Below are positions 30,608 to 42,981 of a stretch of DNA of 64,000 nucleotides, one piece after another. Position numbers and translations under genes: made by a program. Origin of the DNA: an uncultured Verrucomicrobiae bacterium (GTDB taxonomy: Bacteria > Verrucomicrobiota > Verrucomicrobiia > Limisphaerales > Palsa-1400); assembly GCA_963707025.1 (NCBI GenBank), contig CAVPOM010000005.1:480001-544000 (forward strand). The letters run 5' to 3'. Numbering within the stretch: position 1 is the first letter of the stretch; every line of letters begins with the position of its first letter. The notes under the pieces are model-generated. The model was given only the letters and a program-made list of their open reading frames with translations. It searched no databases and was not told where the DNA came from.

Positions 30608-33600
30608 TTACGGGAGGCGCAAACGGTAGTAAACGTTGGTTTTCGCCGTGTTCACATTGAAGTTGATGGTGGTGACGGAACTGGAGCCGGGGATGTCGAA
30701 CCAGTCGCCCGGGACGGCCACGTTGAGCGAGTTGCTTTGCAGGATCCAGCCGCTATTGGTCGGCCAGCTCAAGGTGAGCAGGTTGCCGCTGAGACCGAAG
30801 CCAAAGACGGGTGGATTGAGGTTTAAGCTGCTAACAGTCAGGAGCACCTGGGTGCCGCTGACGGTGATGGTCCCCTGGGAGGTCGGGCCGATGGCGGTGC
30901 CGCCAACCGTGTAAGGGCCGACACTGGTGATGGGGGTGCTGGCCGTGGCCACGACGTAAGGAGTGCCGCTATTAGGCAGAGGCGCGGCGGCGTTGACGGT
31001 GAAGGCATTGCCATGGAGCGACAAGGTGCCTCCCGTGACGGTGAGCGCAGGATGCGTCCCGTCGTAATTCAGGATAATCGGACTGGTTGCGCCGATGGCA
31101 AGGACGCCGGCGCCGTTCAGGGTGGCGGGGCTGGCCGTGCCGCTGCCGGTGATGGCTGTGGTTGCGCCCGCGTTCCAAGAGGACCTGAGCGACACATCAA
31201 AGAACGCTCCGGCGGCGATGGCGATGCCGGACGAATTGGAAACGGACCCGTTGGCCCCCAAGGCCAGGGTGCCATTGCTGACCGTGGTGGCGCCGGTATA
31301 AGTGTTGGTGCCCAGAACAGTCAGGGTGCCGGCGCCGAGCTTGGCCAGGCTGGTGCCGCTGCCGGCCAAGGCGTTGGAGAAGGTGACGCTCTGGCCGCCG
31401 GTGTCAATACTAATTAGTTGGCCGCCCGAGGTGCTGAAACGACCGGAGTAGTCGAATTGGTTGTTGGCGGTGTATTGCAGAGTGCCGCCGCCAAAGGTGA
31501 TGTTGCCCGCATTAACCACCGCCGACGTGCCCAACGGCCCGTTGACGCCCGCGTTTTCGGCATAATTGGCCTGGAGGGTGCCGCCGTTGAGCTGGACGCC
31601 GCCGGTGAAGTTGTTGCTGTCGTTCATCTGCAGCGTGCCTGTTCCACTCATGGTGATGTAACTGCCGCCGTTGATGTTGCTGTTGCAGGCCATGTCTATC
31701 CCGCTGGGCACCGTGCCCTTGGCGATGTTGAAGGTCAGGCCCGTGCCGCGTATCACGATGGGCGAGTTGAACATCGTCGTCACGTTGCTGGGGTAGGTGG
31801 TGATCCCGAAACCGGTGTTAAAGTTGATGCCGTTCCCTTGCGGAACCGTGATGGTATTTACCGTGGCGCCTTGCAGGAACCAGGGCGTGGCATAGGATTG
31901 ATTGTTGGCGAAATTATTGTTGAAGGTCCCACCGTAGATGGTGAGATTGCTGACACAAACGCCCGTAGTATAGCCGATGGAATCCTGAACGAAGGTATTG
32001 ACCGTGCCCCCCGGCATGATGGTCAACTGGTTGAGGATAGTTCCCGCGCTGCCGCCGACACGAAGATTGAGCACAGCGCCCGGGTTGACGGTGGTGCCGC
32101 CGGCGAAGGTGTTGTAAGCCGCAAGATCCAATGAACTCCCCGCCTGGCCACTGTTGACCACCAGCGCGCCGGTCCCGGACATGATGCCGGTGTTGGTCTG
32201 GTTGACTCCGCTGTTGAAGTTAAACAGTCCATTGTTGGTAATGGGACTGGCATAAGTGTTTTGTCCGGAGAACGGGCCGCTGTTCAACGCGCCGGTAAGC
32301 CCGGCGAGGATGAGCGTGCCGGAATTGATGGTGGTGCTTCCGGCATAAGCATTATTGCCCATCAGGGTGGTATTGCCGGGGCCTGCCGTGACCAGGTTGC
32401 CGTTTCCGCCAACCGCTTGCTCGAGCACAAGGTTGCCCACAGCCGCAGTGAACACCGGGGATGCGCCCGTGGGAAGATTAACGGGCAGGTTCAACGTTTC
32501 CACGTTGGCCGAGTTGTTGGTCAGGCCACCGGTGATTCCCAAGTTCAGGCCGCCGCCGATGACGAAAAGACCGGCCGTGGCATCAAACCCCAGGCCGTTG
32601 ACGGTGTAGGCTTGATCCATATTCGGCGCCAATCCCTTCGTGCCGGAAAAGATCAAGCTGTCGCCCACATAGCCCGGCGCATAAGAGCTCACCCAGTTGG
32701 CATTATCATCCCAACTCGAGTTAAGGCCGGTATCAGAACCGTTCCACGTTTCCGTTGTGACCTGAACGTTGAAGGGAATGAGGACCGAGCCGCCCAAGCC
32801 GGTGTTGTCGGTAATCAATCCCGTCAAGGTCAACGGCCCTGGCGGGGCCGCCGGAGGCAGGATGGTGTTGGCGGTGAAAACGGTGGGACCGCCGGTCAAA
32901 GTGACCAAGGAGCCGCCAAGGAAGGTGAGATCCACAACGACGTTTCTGACGCCGGTGTTGGCGAAGGTGACATCCACACTGATGGTGAACGGGTGGTTGC
33001 GCACCACGTTGTTCGGAACGGCCGAGCCAGTGCCGGTGGGCGTGGCGGTGGAGGTGTTCTCGAGGACCACCTCGTTGCCAGAGGTCTGAACGGACCAATG
33101 ACCGGAAGCGGCATTGAGAGGCGGCACATCAAAAACCGGCGTGGTGGAAGCGAATCCGCTAATCGCGTAAGCGCCGCCGACATTGAAAAGCACATAGGGG
33201 GTTGTGGTATCCAGAGCAACCAGGGTGCTCGGGGCCTTGATATGGAGGGAGTTGCCATTCAGCGCCAAATTGCCATAAACCTGCAGCCCGTCATTGGGGC
33301 CGACGCTGGCGGAAGTGCTCAAACCAAAAACGGCCGTTGAGCCGGAGCCCAAAACTATGCCGCTGGTTGTGAGCGTGCCGAGGGTGGCCCCTTCGCCCGG
33401 GAGAATTTGTGACCCGGCAGCCGCGACAATGGAGCCATTGACCTGGCCGAGTCCCTCCAGGACCTGGCTGCCTTGCAACGTCCAGGGGGATACCGCCGAA
33501 ACGTCAAAGTAGGACCCGCTTAGCATATTGACCCCGGAGGAGTTGCTGATGGAACCTCCCACACCCAAGGCCAGCGTGCCGGCGTTGACGGTGGTCAGGT

Positions 33601-36600
33601 TGGTGTAGAAGCAGGGAGCGGTCAGCGTCAGGAAGCCGCCGCCCGTGCCCAATTGGGAGGTCTTGGTCAGGCCGCCGCTGCCGTTCAGGGCCAGAACCGG
33701 GGTGCCGGCGACCGCCGCGGTGCCATGCACACTGTTGACGCCGCCCCCGTGGAGGGCGACAGTGAGAGCATCGCCGGATGAATAACCGCTGCCGGGGTTG
33801 ACGACATTAATTTGGGTGACGGCGCCGCCGGAAACCGTGGCAACCGCGCAAGCGCCGCTGCCTGTGCCGCCGGAAATGGTGACAACGGGCGGGCCAATGT
33901 AGCCGGCACCGCCGCTGGTCAGCGGAATTGAACTGACTCCGTAACCCGAGGGCGCGAGCAGCGGCTGAGAAATAATGATGGTGCCGCCGCCGTCATCAAT
34001 CGTGGCGCCGCCGGGATAGACATAGGCCCCGGTCAAGCCGAACATGAACGCCGGGCCGAGAGGCACAGTTGCAGTTATCTCAACATTGACATTGGACAGG
34101 GTGCCCCCGTTGAAATTGACGGTTCCCGTGCCCGCGCCCAGCGCGACCTGGCCGGTGCCGAGCGTGCCACCCATGAGGTTGATGATGCCACTGCCTCCCG
34201 CCACTCGGGCCAGAGTCACATTGGTCTGGCCAAACCCGGTGACCACGGCATTGCCGGAAATATTCAAAACTCCGGCGCCGTTTTCACCCACATAGAATCC
34301 GCCCTCACGGTCGGCGGCTCCGTTGACGTAATCACTGGAATTGAGGACGGCGTTTCCACCGAAGTTCGCCACGCCGACGGCATTGGAGCCGGTGGCGGCA
34401 ACGGTAATAATGTTGGTGGTGACGGTAAAGGTTCCACCGGTCATGTCGAAAACCGCGTAGTCATTATTAGCGCCAATGACAAAATAGCTGCCGGCGCTGC
34501 CGGTGCCGCCGCTCATCTCGAGGCCGGCATAGCCTCCATTGCCGTTGCCCAGGTACAATCCCTCCGCGGCCAGTGTGCCGCCTGAGACGAGGTTAATAAC
34601 GCCTGCCGAATTGGTGGCAAGTCCCATGGAGACCGAGCCGGGCTGGCCGGCGAAGTTAGTGTAAGTCTCAATAAGCGAGCCAGTGCCGGTGATGTTCAGG
34701 ACGGCGTTCAGGTTGCTGACATCGGCGACAAAGAGCTGATTGCTGGTCTGTAATGTGCCCGAAAGCGCCGCCGTGCCCTGGCGGATGGCGACAAACCCGG
34801 TGAAGGAGGGAGTGGCGGTGTCGCTCATGACGCCCGCAAGAGTCAGAGTGTTGGTGCCGTTGACGACGAATCCGCCACCATTGTCGGAGATGGCCCCGCC
34901 CATGGTGAGGTTCCCGTTGCTCGCGCTGAAGGTCACAGGCCCAACCGAAGCCAGGTTGACCGGCAGATTCAGAACCTGCGCGTTGGTCGAGTAGTTGGTT
35001 ATCCCGCGAGTCACGTTCAGGGTGTTGCCAGTGCTGGAACTGATAATAAAGTTGGTGGCCCCGTTGGTGAAGGTCACACCGGCAAAGGTGTAGTTGGTAT
35101 CCACATTCGGGGTGGGTCCGGCCACGCCGCCGGTGATGGGAACGCCGAAAACCACGCTGTCGCCCACATAGCCCGGCGCATAAGTGCTGACCCAGTTGGC
35201 ATTATTGTCAAAAAGTTCATTGGCGCCAGCGCCGGCCCATGTTTCCGATGAGACGGCCACCGTCACGACGATCAAAGCCGCGCCGGCCGACGGGGTGGTG
35301 TCAATGGCGGTGGCGGTCAGGGTGTAAATGCCCGGCAGGGTGGTCGGGGGAACAAAGACGGAGTTAGTGTAAACGGATGTGGCGCCGACTTGGACCAAAG
35401 TCAGCGCGTTGGTCCCGCCCAGGGGACTGGCATCGAGGGTGAGGTTGGTCACCGTGCCGGCTCCCGACGTGAGCGTGACACTGATGAGCACGGTTTCGTT
35501 GCGCAGCGCGGTTGACGGAGCGGCCAGCCCGGTAAGAACGGGCACCGCGACCGCGCTGTACTGCAATTGGACGGTGTTGCCGGAAACCCCAACGATGAAA
35601 TGGTTTAAATTGAGCGGCGGGGAATCCCAAGCCACACCCGCGCTGAAAGTTCCTGTAAGGGTGCCCGCCGTGATCAGCGTATAGGGGGCGCCGGCCGGGT
35701 CCAGATCCTTGGTCGGGTCGGGTGCCCTGACATGGAGAGTGTTGCCACTGGCCGCCAGGGTTCCGGTGACGGCAATCTTGTCATACTGCGGACTGGGAGA
35801 AGTGCCAAAGTCAAAACGGGCCACGGAGCCTCCAACCAGAGTCAGCGTGCTGTTGAAGGTGAGGGTGCCAAAGTCGTTGCTGGTCACGCCTGGATCAATC
35901 ACCGCGCCGGCCGAGGTAGTGAGCGGCCCGCTGACGGTGCCGTCGCCCGTCAGGGTTTGCAGCGCGCCCACCGTGAAGGGACTGGTCAGGGTTGAGACAT
36001 CGAAAATGCCGGCGTTGGAAATGATAATGCTTGGGGACGAGTTGATGGAAGAGGCCCCGGACAGCAGGAGCGTGCCCGCGCCGACCACGGTGTTGCCGGT
36101 GTAGGTTTCCGCGTTGGTGAGCGTCAGGGTGTTGGCCGGAGCGCTGACCACCAGGTTGCCCGTCCCGCCAATAATTCCGCCCAGGGACTGCGCGGCGGTG
36201 CTGGTAAAGAGGAAGGTTCCGTTGTCGGTAATGTTGGCGTTATAGGCGCCGGCGGCCAGCGAGCCGCGCCCGAGAGGTTTAACGTGCCGGCAGTGGTGAA
36301 GCCGCCTCCGGTATTGATGTTGATGGCAGAGGTAAAGGTATTGCCGGCGGTGAGGGCAAGAGTCCCTGGTCCATAGACATTCACCGTCACACCGCCCGCG
36401 CCGCCGCCATAGCCTTCCAGGGGGCAGGCAATGGTCATCGTGCTGTTGGTGGCAAGACCGAAGTAAACGCCGCCGGTGCGCAAGCCGAACCAGCCGCCAC
36501 TGGCGGAAGTGATCAAACTGGACGTGTTGGGAAGGGTGTCAATAAAACCCCCGAAGAAGTTATAGGCTTCCCTGGCCGTGGTGTAGTATTGTGTCAGGGT

Positions 36601-39600
36601 GCCGCCGCCAAAATAGAAGGGGCGGAACATGGTCTCAGACTGGTTGGAATTGGTCTTATTGATGATGCCATAGTTCGTGACGGGGACGCTCATGGCATAG
36701 CCCAGCGTGTCGCCCTGGAGCAAATCCATTTCTCCGCCGACATTGACGGTAATCGCGCCCCTGGCCGTGCCGCTGCCGCCTATGGCGCTCGATGCTGCAA
36801 GTATTCCCCCGTTGACAATCCACTGGCTGAGGGTGGATGAGCCGAAGGGCATCGTCATCGTGCCGGGACCATTGACCTTCAGCACGCCAGTGCCCGTTAA
36901 GGCGGAATAGGCCCCGTTGGTCGCGCTGTTGAAATTGAAGACTCCATTGTCGGTAATGGTGCTCGGATAAGTGCCGGTCAGGCCGCCCAACTGGCCCACA
37001 GAACCGCCGATGGTCAGCGTGTCAGCTATGCCGATGGTGGTGCCGCCGGTGTAAGTGTTCACGTTGGTCAACGTCAGCGTGCCGCCACCAATCATGGCCA
37101 GGCCGCCCGTTCCGCTGATCACGCCGCTGTAAGTCTGGGTCGAGCTGTCGCTGCCCAGGGTCAGGGTGCTTCCCCCGACGTTCACGTTGCCGCCGGTGGC
37201 GCCGCCGCCGGTCAACGAACCGATCCAGGTACTGTTGCTCAGGACAAGGGCCGCGGCCGCGGAGTTGGCCAGGGACACCGCCGAGTTGACTCCCAGAGGC
37301 CCGCCTGCTCCGGCCCAGGTCGCCGCAGACACCAGGGTGCCCGAGTTAATGACTGTCGGGCCGGTATAGGTGCTGATGCTCCGGTTGGTCACGAATCCCG
37401 TGCCGTTCAGGGTGACGCCGGTGATGCCTGCAATCGTCACGGTGTTGGAAATGGTGTAATTATTGAGGGAGTTGTTGAAGGCAACGCTCCTGGGCGAAAC
37501 GGGCGCGCCTCCCAGCAGATTGGTAATGGCGAAAATCCCGCCCGTGTTGTCCGCGTCATCAAATACCACCTGATTGTGGTCCTGGTAATCGCCGGTGGAC
37601 CAGTTGGCCGTGGTGCCGATGTCCCAGGTGCCATTGACCGCCGAAGTCCAGGTGGAGACGGGCGCCGCCGTCACCGAAGTCACATGCAGATTCCAGACAT
37701 TGCCGCTTGGGCTGAAAGTGCCCGCGATATTGGCCGGAAGGAGGAAGTTGGCGGCGCTGAGCGCGGCGCCCGGCAGGGTGGTGTAGCTGAGAACAGGATA
37801 GGTCTGGCCGGCCACAACGGGGCTGGCGGCGGAAATGACGATGGTGTTGTTGGCGCCGGTCAGGTTCAAGGCTCCGGGAGTCAGCGGCGCCTGCGTGGTG
37901 CTGCTGAGGGACAACTGAATGCTGGCTCCGCTGACGCTGCCCACGTTGAGGGTGGCGGGCGAAAAACCGGTGATCGCGCCAGGCGTGGGGTAAACGCGCA
38001 GGGTGCCGCCGTCGTTGACCGTAACGGTGCCTGTGTTGGGCTGAGAGGAGTTCACCGCCAGCACGCCGCCGTTGATGGTGGTCAGGCCGGTGTAGGTGTT
38101 GGCGCCGTTGAGCGTCACAATGCCGGGGCCGTTTTGGGTCAGCGCGCCGGTGCCGGAGATGGTTTCAAAGAAAGTCTGGTTGCCGGTGCTGGTGAAGACG
38201 ATCGTGCCCTCGTTGGTAATGAATCCAGACTCGAACACGTTGCCCGCGCCGGTGAAGTTGATGGCTCCCGTATTGGTGATGTTTCCCGTCAAACCCTGGC
38301 CGCCGGCGGCGCTAAAGGTGAAGGTGGCATAGTTGATGATGTTGCCGGCATAATTGGCGCCGTTGTTCAACAGGCCGGTGGGAGCAACGGTGACGGTGCC
38401 ATTGCTGATGATCGTGTTGGCAGTGTATGTGTTGGTGGCCGTCAGGATGAGGTTCCCCGGTCCCAATTGGATCAGTGACGCACCACCTGAATATTGGTAA
38501 ACAGGGACGCTAATGGTCAGCGTGCTGCCGCTCCCGACATTGAACCAGTTGGTGCCGCTGCGCAACCCGAACTCGCCGACGCCGCTGATGAAATTGGCCG
38601 TGCCGGCGACCGTGGTAATCGAGTTTCCGAAAAAGTTCCATTGGGTTAATCCGTAAGCATTGGTGCCGTTGAACGAGGTCAGCGTGCCGCCATTCATGGT
38701 GATGGGGCGGTTCAGTGTTTCCGACTGGTTGTTGGTCTTCAGCACAGTGCCGTAAATCGTGAGGGGCTGGCTAATGCTATAACCCAGCGCGTCGCCGGCG
38801 TTCAAAATCAACAAACCGCCCGCGTTCACGACGATAGGCCCCTCAACGCAGCCGTTGCCACCCGAACTGGATTGGAGAAGAAGTGTTGCCCCGGCATTCA
38901 CCGTGGTCGTCCCAGCGTAGGTGCTGGGGGAGTTGTTCAGCGCCAGCACGCCGGGGCCATTGACGGTCAGGGCGCCGGTCCCGGAAATGATCCCCCTGTT
39001 GGTATTGTTGGCCGAACTGCTGTAAACAAAAAGTCCATTGTCGGTAATGTTACCCGCATAAACATTGGAAACCGCGCCCGCAGTAACGTTGCCCAAAATG
39101 CCCGCCCCGCCCAGGGTCAGCGTGCCGGAGATGCCGATCGGACCGGTGAACGTGTTCGTGCCGGTGAGGGTCAGCGTGCCGGTGCCCTCCTGTTGCAAGC
39201 TCAAGGAGGTCGCGCCGCCGTTGGTCACGTTGCCGGCGATGGTAATGTTGCCCGAATTGGTCAGGGATTGGGCCCCCGCCGTGCCTCCGCTGCCGCCCTG
39301 GATGAGGGTCCCCGCCGCGAAGGTCAGGCTGGCCGTGCCGCCGTTGGTGATGAGATAATTGGTGGCCACCCCGGTCCCCAGGACGACGTTGGCGTTGAAC
39401 AACTGGCTGGCGGTGACCGTCCCGGTGACCTGCACCGAGCCGCCGTCATTGAGCGTCAGGGTCTGGCTGCCCGCCGCCCCCGACCCAATCGTGTAGGGCA
39501 CCACCGTCGCCGTGTCAAAGACAAGGTTGCTGATGGTGACGCCGCCGCCCAGGGAAATGGTGGTGTTGCCGTTGCCGGCGCCGTTGAAGGTGGCGGTGTT

Positions 39601-39765
39601 GCCGGTGCCCGGAGGACCCGAGGGACTCCAGTTGTTGGCGCCGGCCCAGGTGTTATCCGTGGTTCCAGTCCAGGAGAATTGGGCTTGGGCAACCGCCAGG
39701 CTGGCGAGCAGCACCAGGCCGGTTGAGGTGATTATCTTGCTGAGTTGGTTGATTTGGGTTTTCAT
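30608..39765 (-). CDS. Giant surface protein with autotransporter-associated beta-strand repeats (1-nt deletion at 36264-36265)
   Basis: Signal peptide; many GxGTLTLxGxNTYTGxTT repeats; restoring one base joins the two ORFs into about 3052 aa; no C-terminal beta-barrel. Confidence 0.88.
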
Positions 39766-40017
39766 AATGAGATAAATCAGGTTGACACGCGAAGACGATG
39801 GTTCGTGAATGGCTTCTTTTATTGCAATTCTCTACTCTACTTTATTGGCTGCGGGAAATGGTTGACCAGAAAGCATACCCGTCAAAACGCAAGGCGAAAA
39901 ACCGCCGCCCAAGGGCGCCGAGACTCCCGCCCGTAATGACTTTCTTGGTGGTCATAGCGTCGAGAATACAGACCTGGAAATATAAAGCAAGCACTTTTTT
40001 CATAAAAATCTGATGCC

Positions 40018-40033
40018 ATTTAACCGGTTTAAT
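40018..40033. promoter_or_regulatory. LacI-family operator upstream of the giant surface protein
   Basis: ATTTAACCGGTTTAAT near-palindrome with central CG; 15 of 16 identical to 41329-41344. Confidence 0.75.
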
Positions 40034-40083
40034 GCCCGCAAGCCGCAAGGCCGCCAGCCAGCGCGGGAAACCGCCGGCGCAAA

Positions 40084-41208
40084 TCAGCCCGGCCGGGGGT
40101 CATCGGCGGCTGCGGCGCCCACCGGCCGGGAGGGCGCGGGCGCGTCCTGAAGGGTGCTTTGCTTCCGCGCTGGCGGCGAGCCGGAGGCGCGCGCGGTGGA
40201 ATCCCGGACAATCAGGCTGGTTTGCAAGCGGTGCTCCACCCCCATCTTGCCTGGATCGGACATCATGGCCTGGAGGGCGTGGCAGGCCAGACGCCCAAGC
40301 TCGCTGCGAGGGATCGCCACGGTGGTGAGCGGCGGCAGGGTGTGCTGGGCGAAACGGATGTCGTCGAAACCCACCACCGACAAAGCCCCGGGAATCACAA
40401 TTTTGCGGTCGTAAGCGGCATGCATGGCGCCGATGGCCATGAGGTCATTGGCGGCCAGGATGGCCGTCGGCCTTAACCCGGCCAGCAGTTTGGCGCAGGC
40501 CACATAACCGCCCTGCACGGTGAAATCCGAATCCACCACCATCGTCTCCAGCGGGCCCATCTTTTCCGCGCCGGCGACAAAGGCCGTTCTGCGCATGCGG
40601 GAGGAGAGCAGCGGCGGTGGACCGCCGATGAAACCGATGCGGGCATGCCCCAAGGCGCGGACGTGTTCCAGCGCGGCGCTGATGCCCGCCTCGTAATCCA
40701 CTGCGATATTGCTGACCCAACGGTCCGGCCGGCCCAGATCCAGATAGACGGCGCAAATCCCCCTCGAGGCCAATACGCTGGCGATGGAGGGATCTATTTG
40801 AGAGGTGAGAATCGCCACCCCGGGCACCTGCAAGGCCAGCAAGCGGTTGACGCTGGCCTTGGTGCGGTGCGCGTCGTAATTGGTGTTCATCACGATGGCT
40901 TCCATGTCGTTCAGATTGGCCGCTTCCTGAAAGGCGGCGATGATCTCCGGGAAAAACGGGTTGCTAATGTCCGAGACGATGACCCCTAGAATATGACTCC
41001 GGCCCACCGCCAGGTTGCGCGCCAGCACGTTGGGGGAATAGCCCAGCGCCTGGGCCGCCTGGAACACCCGGTGCTGCGTCGCAGGCAGAATGCGGTGGCG
41101 CTGCGCCTCGTTGAGCACGAAGGACACGGTGGCGACCGAAACACCGGCGCGCCGGGCCACATCCCGGATATTCGGAACCCGGTCCGACGGCAACCGGGCC
41201 ACAGTCAT
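40084..41208 (-). CDS. LacI family transcriptional regulator
   Basis: IRDVARRAGVSVATVSFVLN, YSPNVLARNL, SVVGFDD, PPLTTV. Confidence 0.95.
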   Translation of the reverse strand: MTVARLPSDRVPNIRDVARRAGVSVATVSFVLNEAQRHRILPATQHRVFQAAQALGYSPNVLARNLAVGRSHILGVIVSDISNPFFPEIIAAFQEAANLNDMEAIVMNTNYDAHRTKASVNRLLALQVPGVAILTSQIDPSIASVLASRGICAVYLDLGRPDRWVSNIAVDYEAGISAALEHVRALGHARIGFIGGPPPLLSSRMRRTAFVAGAEKMGPLETMVVDSDFTVQGGYVACAKLLAGLRPTAILAANDLMAIGAMHAAYDRKIVIPGALSVVGFDDIRFAQHTLPPLTTVAIPRSELGRLACHALQAMMSDPGKMGVEHRLQTSLIVRDSTARASGSPPARKQSTLQDAPAPSRPVGAAAADDPRPG

Positions 41209-41328
41209 TCTCGTCTTTCGCAAACCACGCGTCCTGGCCGCGCCACGAGATTGCTTCTGGGTGACCACAACAGACCGTCTATCCTTTTCCCGGCAGCCGG
41301 TCAAGGAGGATTTTGCCTTGCCACGGCA

Positions 41329-41344
41329 ATTTAACCGGTTCAAT
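41329..41344. promoter_or_regulatory. LacI-family operator upstream of the regulator gene
   Basis: ATTTAACCGGTTCAAT. Confidence 0.75.
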
Positions 41345-41858
41345 CCCGGCCGGCGTTTGTCGAAGCGGAAAGAACGGGAGTTTGATTCTTTTTGATCCGT
41401 TTCGACCCTGGCAAACGAACGGAAATGGGTTCGTTTCTCTGCATGTTTGCATCACCAAAACTTACATAAGTGACTCATTTTGAAGTGGTTGGGACTTTTT
41501 GTATTTGGGTTCGTTTGGCAAAAATCAGTTTTTTTGATTAAACTCTCGCCGAGACTACCATGGTGATGAGCGGCCTGGCCTGCCTGGATTGAGTTCTCTG
41601 CGCCGCGAATTTGCGCGCCTTCCCGAGGAGAAGGGCCGGCAGTTTTTCGGGCGTGATCTCAGATTTGATTTGAACATTCATGGTCTCGGTTTTTTCGATG
41701 GACGGCCTTCCCGGCGTGCAAGGCCCCGCAATCCCCCCGCTGCACCCGCCGCGGCAGGCCGGGGCGCGGAGCCTCCCGGGTTTTTCCCCGTCTCATTCCG
41801 CGTGACAGGCGCCTTGATCGGCGTATAGTTCGCCATATTCCGCATCGTCCTGCTAAGA

Positions 41859-41887
41859 AGAATATACTTTTAAGGAATATTTGTCAA
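41859..41887 (-). promoter_or_regulatory. sigma70 promoter divergent from the XRE gene
   Basis: TTGACA-17-TATTCT on the minus strand, 13 nt before the ATG at 41845. Confidence 0.65.
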
Positions 41888-41896
41888 ATTTAAAAT

Positions 41897-42292
41897 ATGC
41901 CAAAAGACGTTTTTTCCGCCCGCTTGGGCAAAGCCCTGGACAAAGCAGGCTTGACCCAGGCGCAACTGGGCCAAGCCGCCGCCTGCAGCCAGGAGGACAT
42001 ATCCCGCTATTTGCAGGGGAGAATTCCCGGAGGCGGGAGGCTGATTTTGATCGCAAAGGCCCTCGGGACGACGGCGGAGGACCTGCTCGGTGACGAACCG
42101 GAAGATCCCGTGGAGAGCATCCGTGAAGCGTTCCAGCGGCGCAACTACGCGCGGGCGATGGAGGAAATGAGGCGGATGAAGAGATCCCTGCGAAAACTGG
42201 AGGCGCTTTTGGGCAGTCAGGTTGGGATCCGTGCGAGCGCAGAACGCGTCTCCCCACGCAAACGACGGCACAAAGTGGGAAAACGGAAATGA
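41897..42292 (+). CDS. XRE/Cro-CI family HTH regulator
   Basis: FSARL...GLTQAQLGQAAACSQEDISRYLQGRIP...IAKALGTTAEDLL. Confidence 0.85.
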   Translation: MPKDVFSARLGKALDKAGLTQAQLGQAAACSQEDISRYLQGRIPGGGRLILIAKALGTTAEDLLGDEPEDPVESIREAFQRRNYARAMEEMRRMKRSLRKLEALLGSQVGIRASAERVSPRKRRHKVGKRK

Positions 42293-42428
42293 AACCTCTC
42301 CTCACCAGCTTTTCCAAGCCGCTGGCGAGCTCCGCCCACTAATGAGATGACCACCGCTTAAAAAAGTCGCGTGAAAAAGTCAAAGCGTGCCGCGACAATT
42401 TTGGCGGTCTTCTGATCAAGCTGCTTGC

Positions 42429-42635
42429 TCACAGCATCTCTTGATGTTTTTCGGGCTTGGACTCGCGTTGCGCTTTGGCGAACGGATTCAATTGCGGCGG
42501 GGCGTCAATCCGCTCGGTGCCGTCGAGCAAGCCTTCGATGGTGAGAATCTGGATTTTGGGATAATCCTTGTCGTGCCACATTTTGGAGGCGTACCGTCCC
42601 GCGTCGGCGGCTTCTAGGCGCAACTCGTGAGCCGC
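42429..42635 (-). pseudogene. C-terminal stub of a DNA methyltransferase/Mrr-like fusion
   Basis: LEAADAGRY...YPKIQILTIEGLLDG is typical of the C-terminus of that family (recalled, not searched). Confidence 0.6.
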
Positions 42636-42657
42636 CGCGCGGGAGATTTCACAAAGT

Positions 42658-42981
42658 TCAAGACAGGTGGCGCCCATTCCATCCTCGCAAGATTTGACCA
42701 AACACCAGGTAATCAGGATCGGGATAAAATTCACGGCGAGATGGAAGATTAATCGCGTCCCGGCAACTTTCACGAAAGGCCTTCTCACCGCCGTCCCAGC
42801 CGATGGCTCGCAATTTTGTGAAGTTCTCCTCGTGGAAAATGATTGAATAATTGCGTTTGATTCCAAGCAGCCCGTGATCGAAGGCACGGTGATGAATCGC
42901 GCTGAGGCACAAACCGTTTTTGGTTTCGTCCGTCCCGCGCTCGTGCTCAACGGGAATGATGTGAGCGGCGTCGAGAAAGTC
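42658..42981 (-). pseudogene. C-terminal fragment of an HNH endonuclease
   Basis: LDAAHIIPV...NGLCLSAIHHRAFDHGLL; stop codon immediately upstream. Confidence 0.8.

Noticed and set aside
36240..36290. Phase variation or programmed frameshift in the giant protein
   Set aside because: No homopolymer, SSR or slippery heptamer at the site; error or point mutation is more likely
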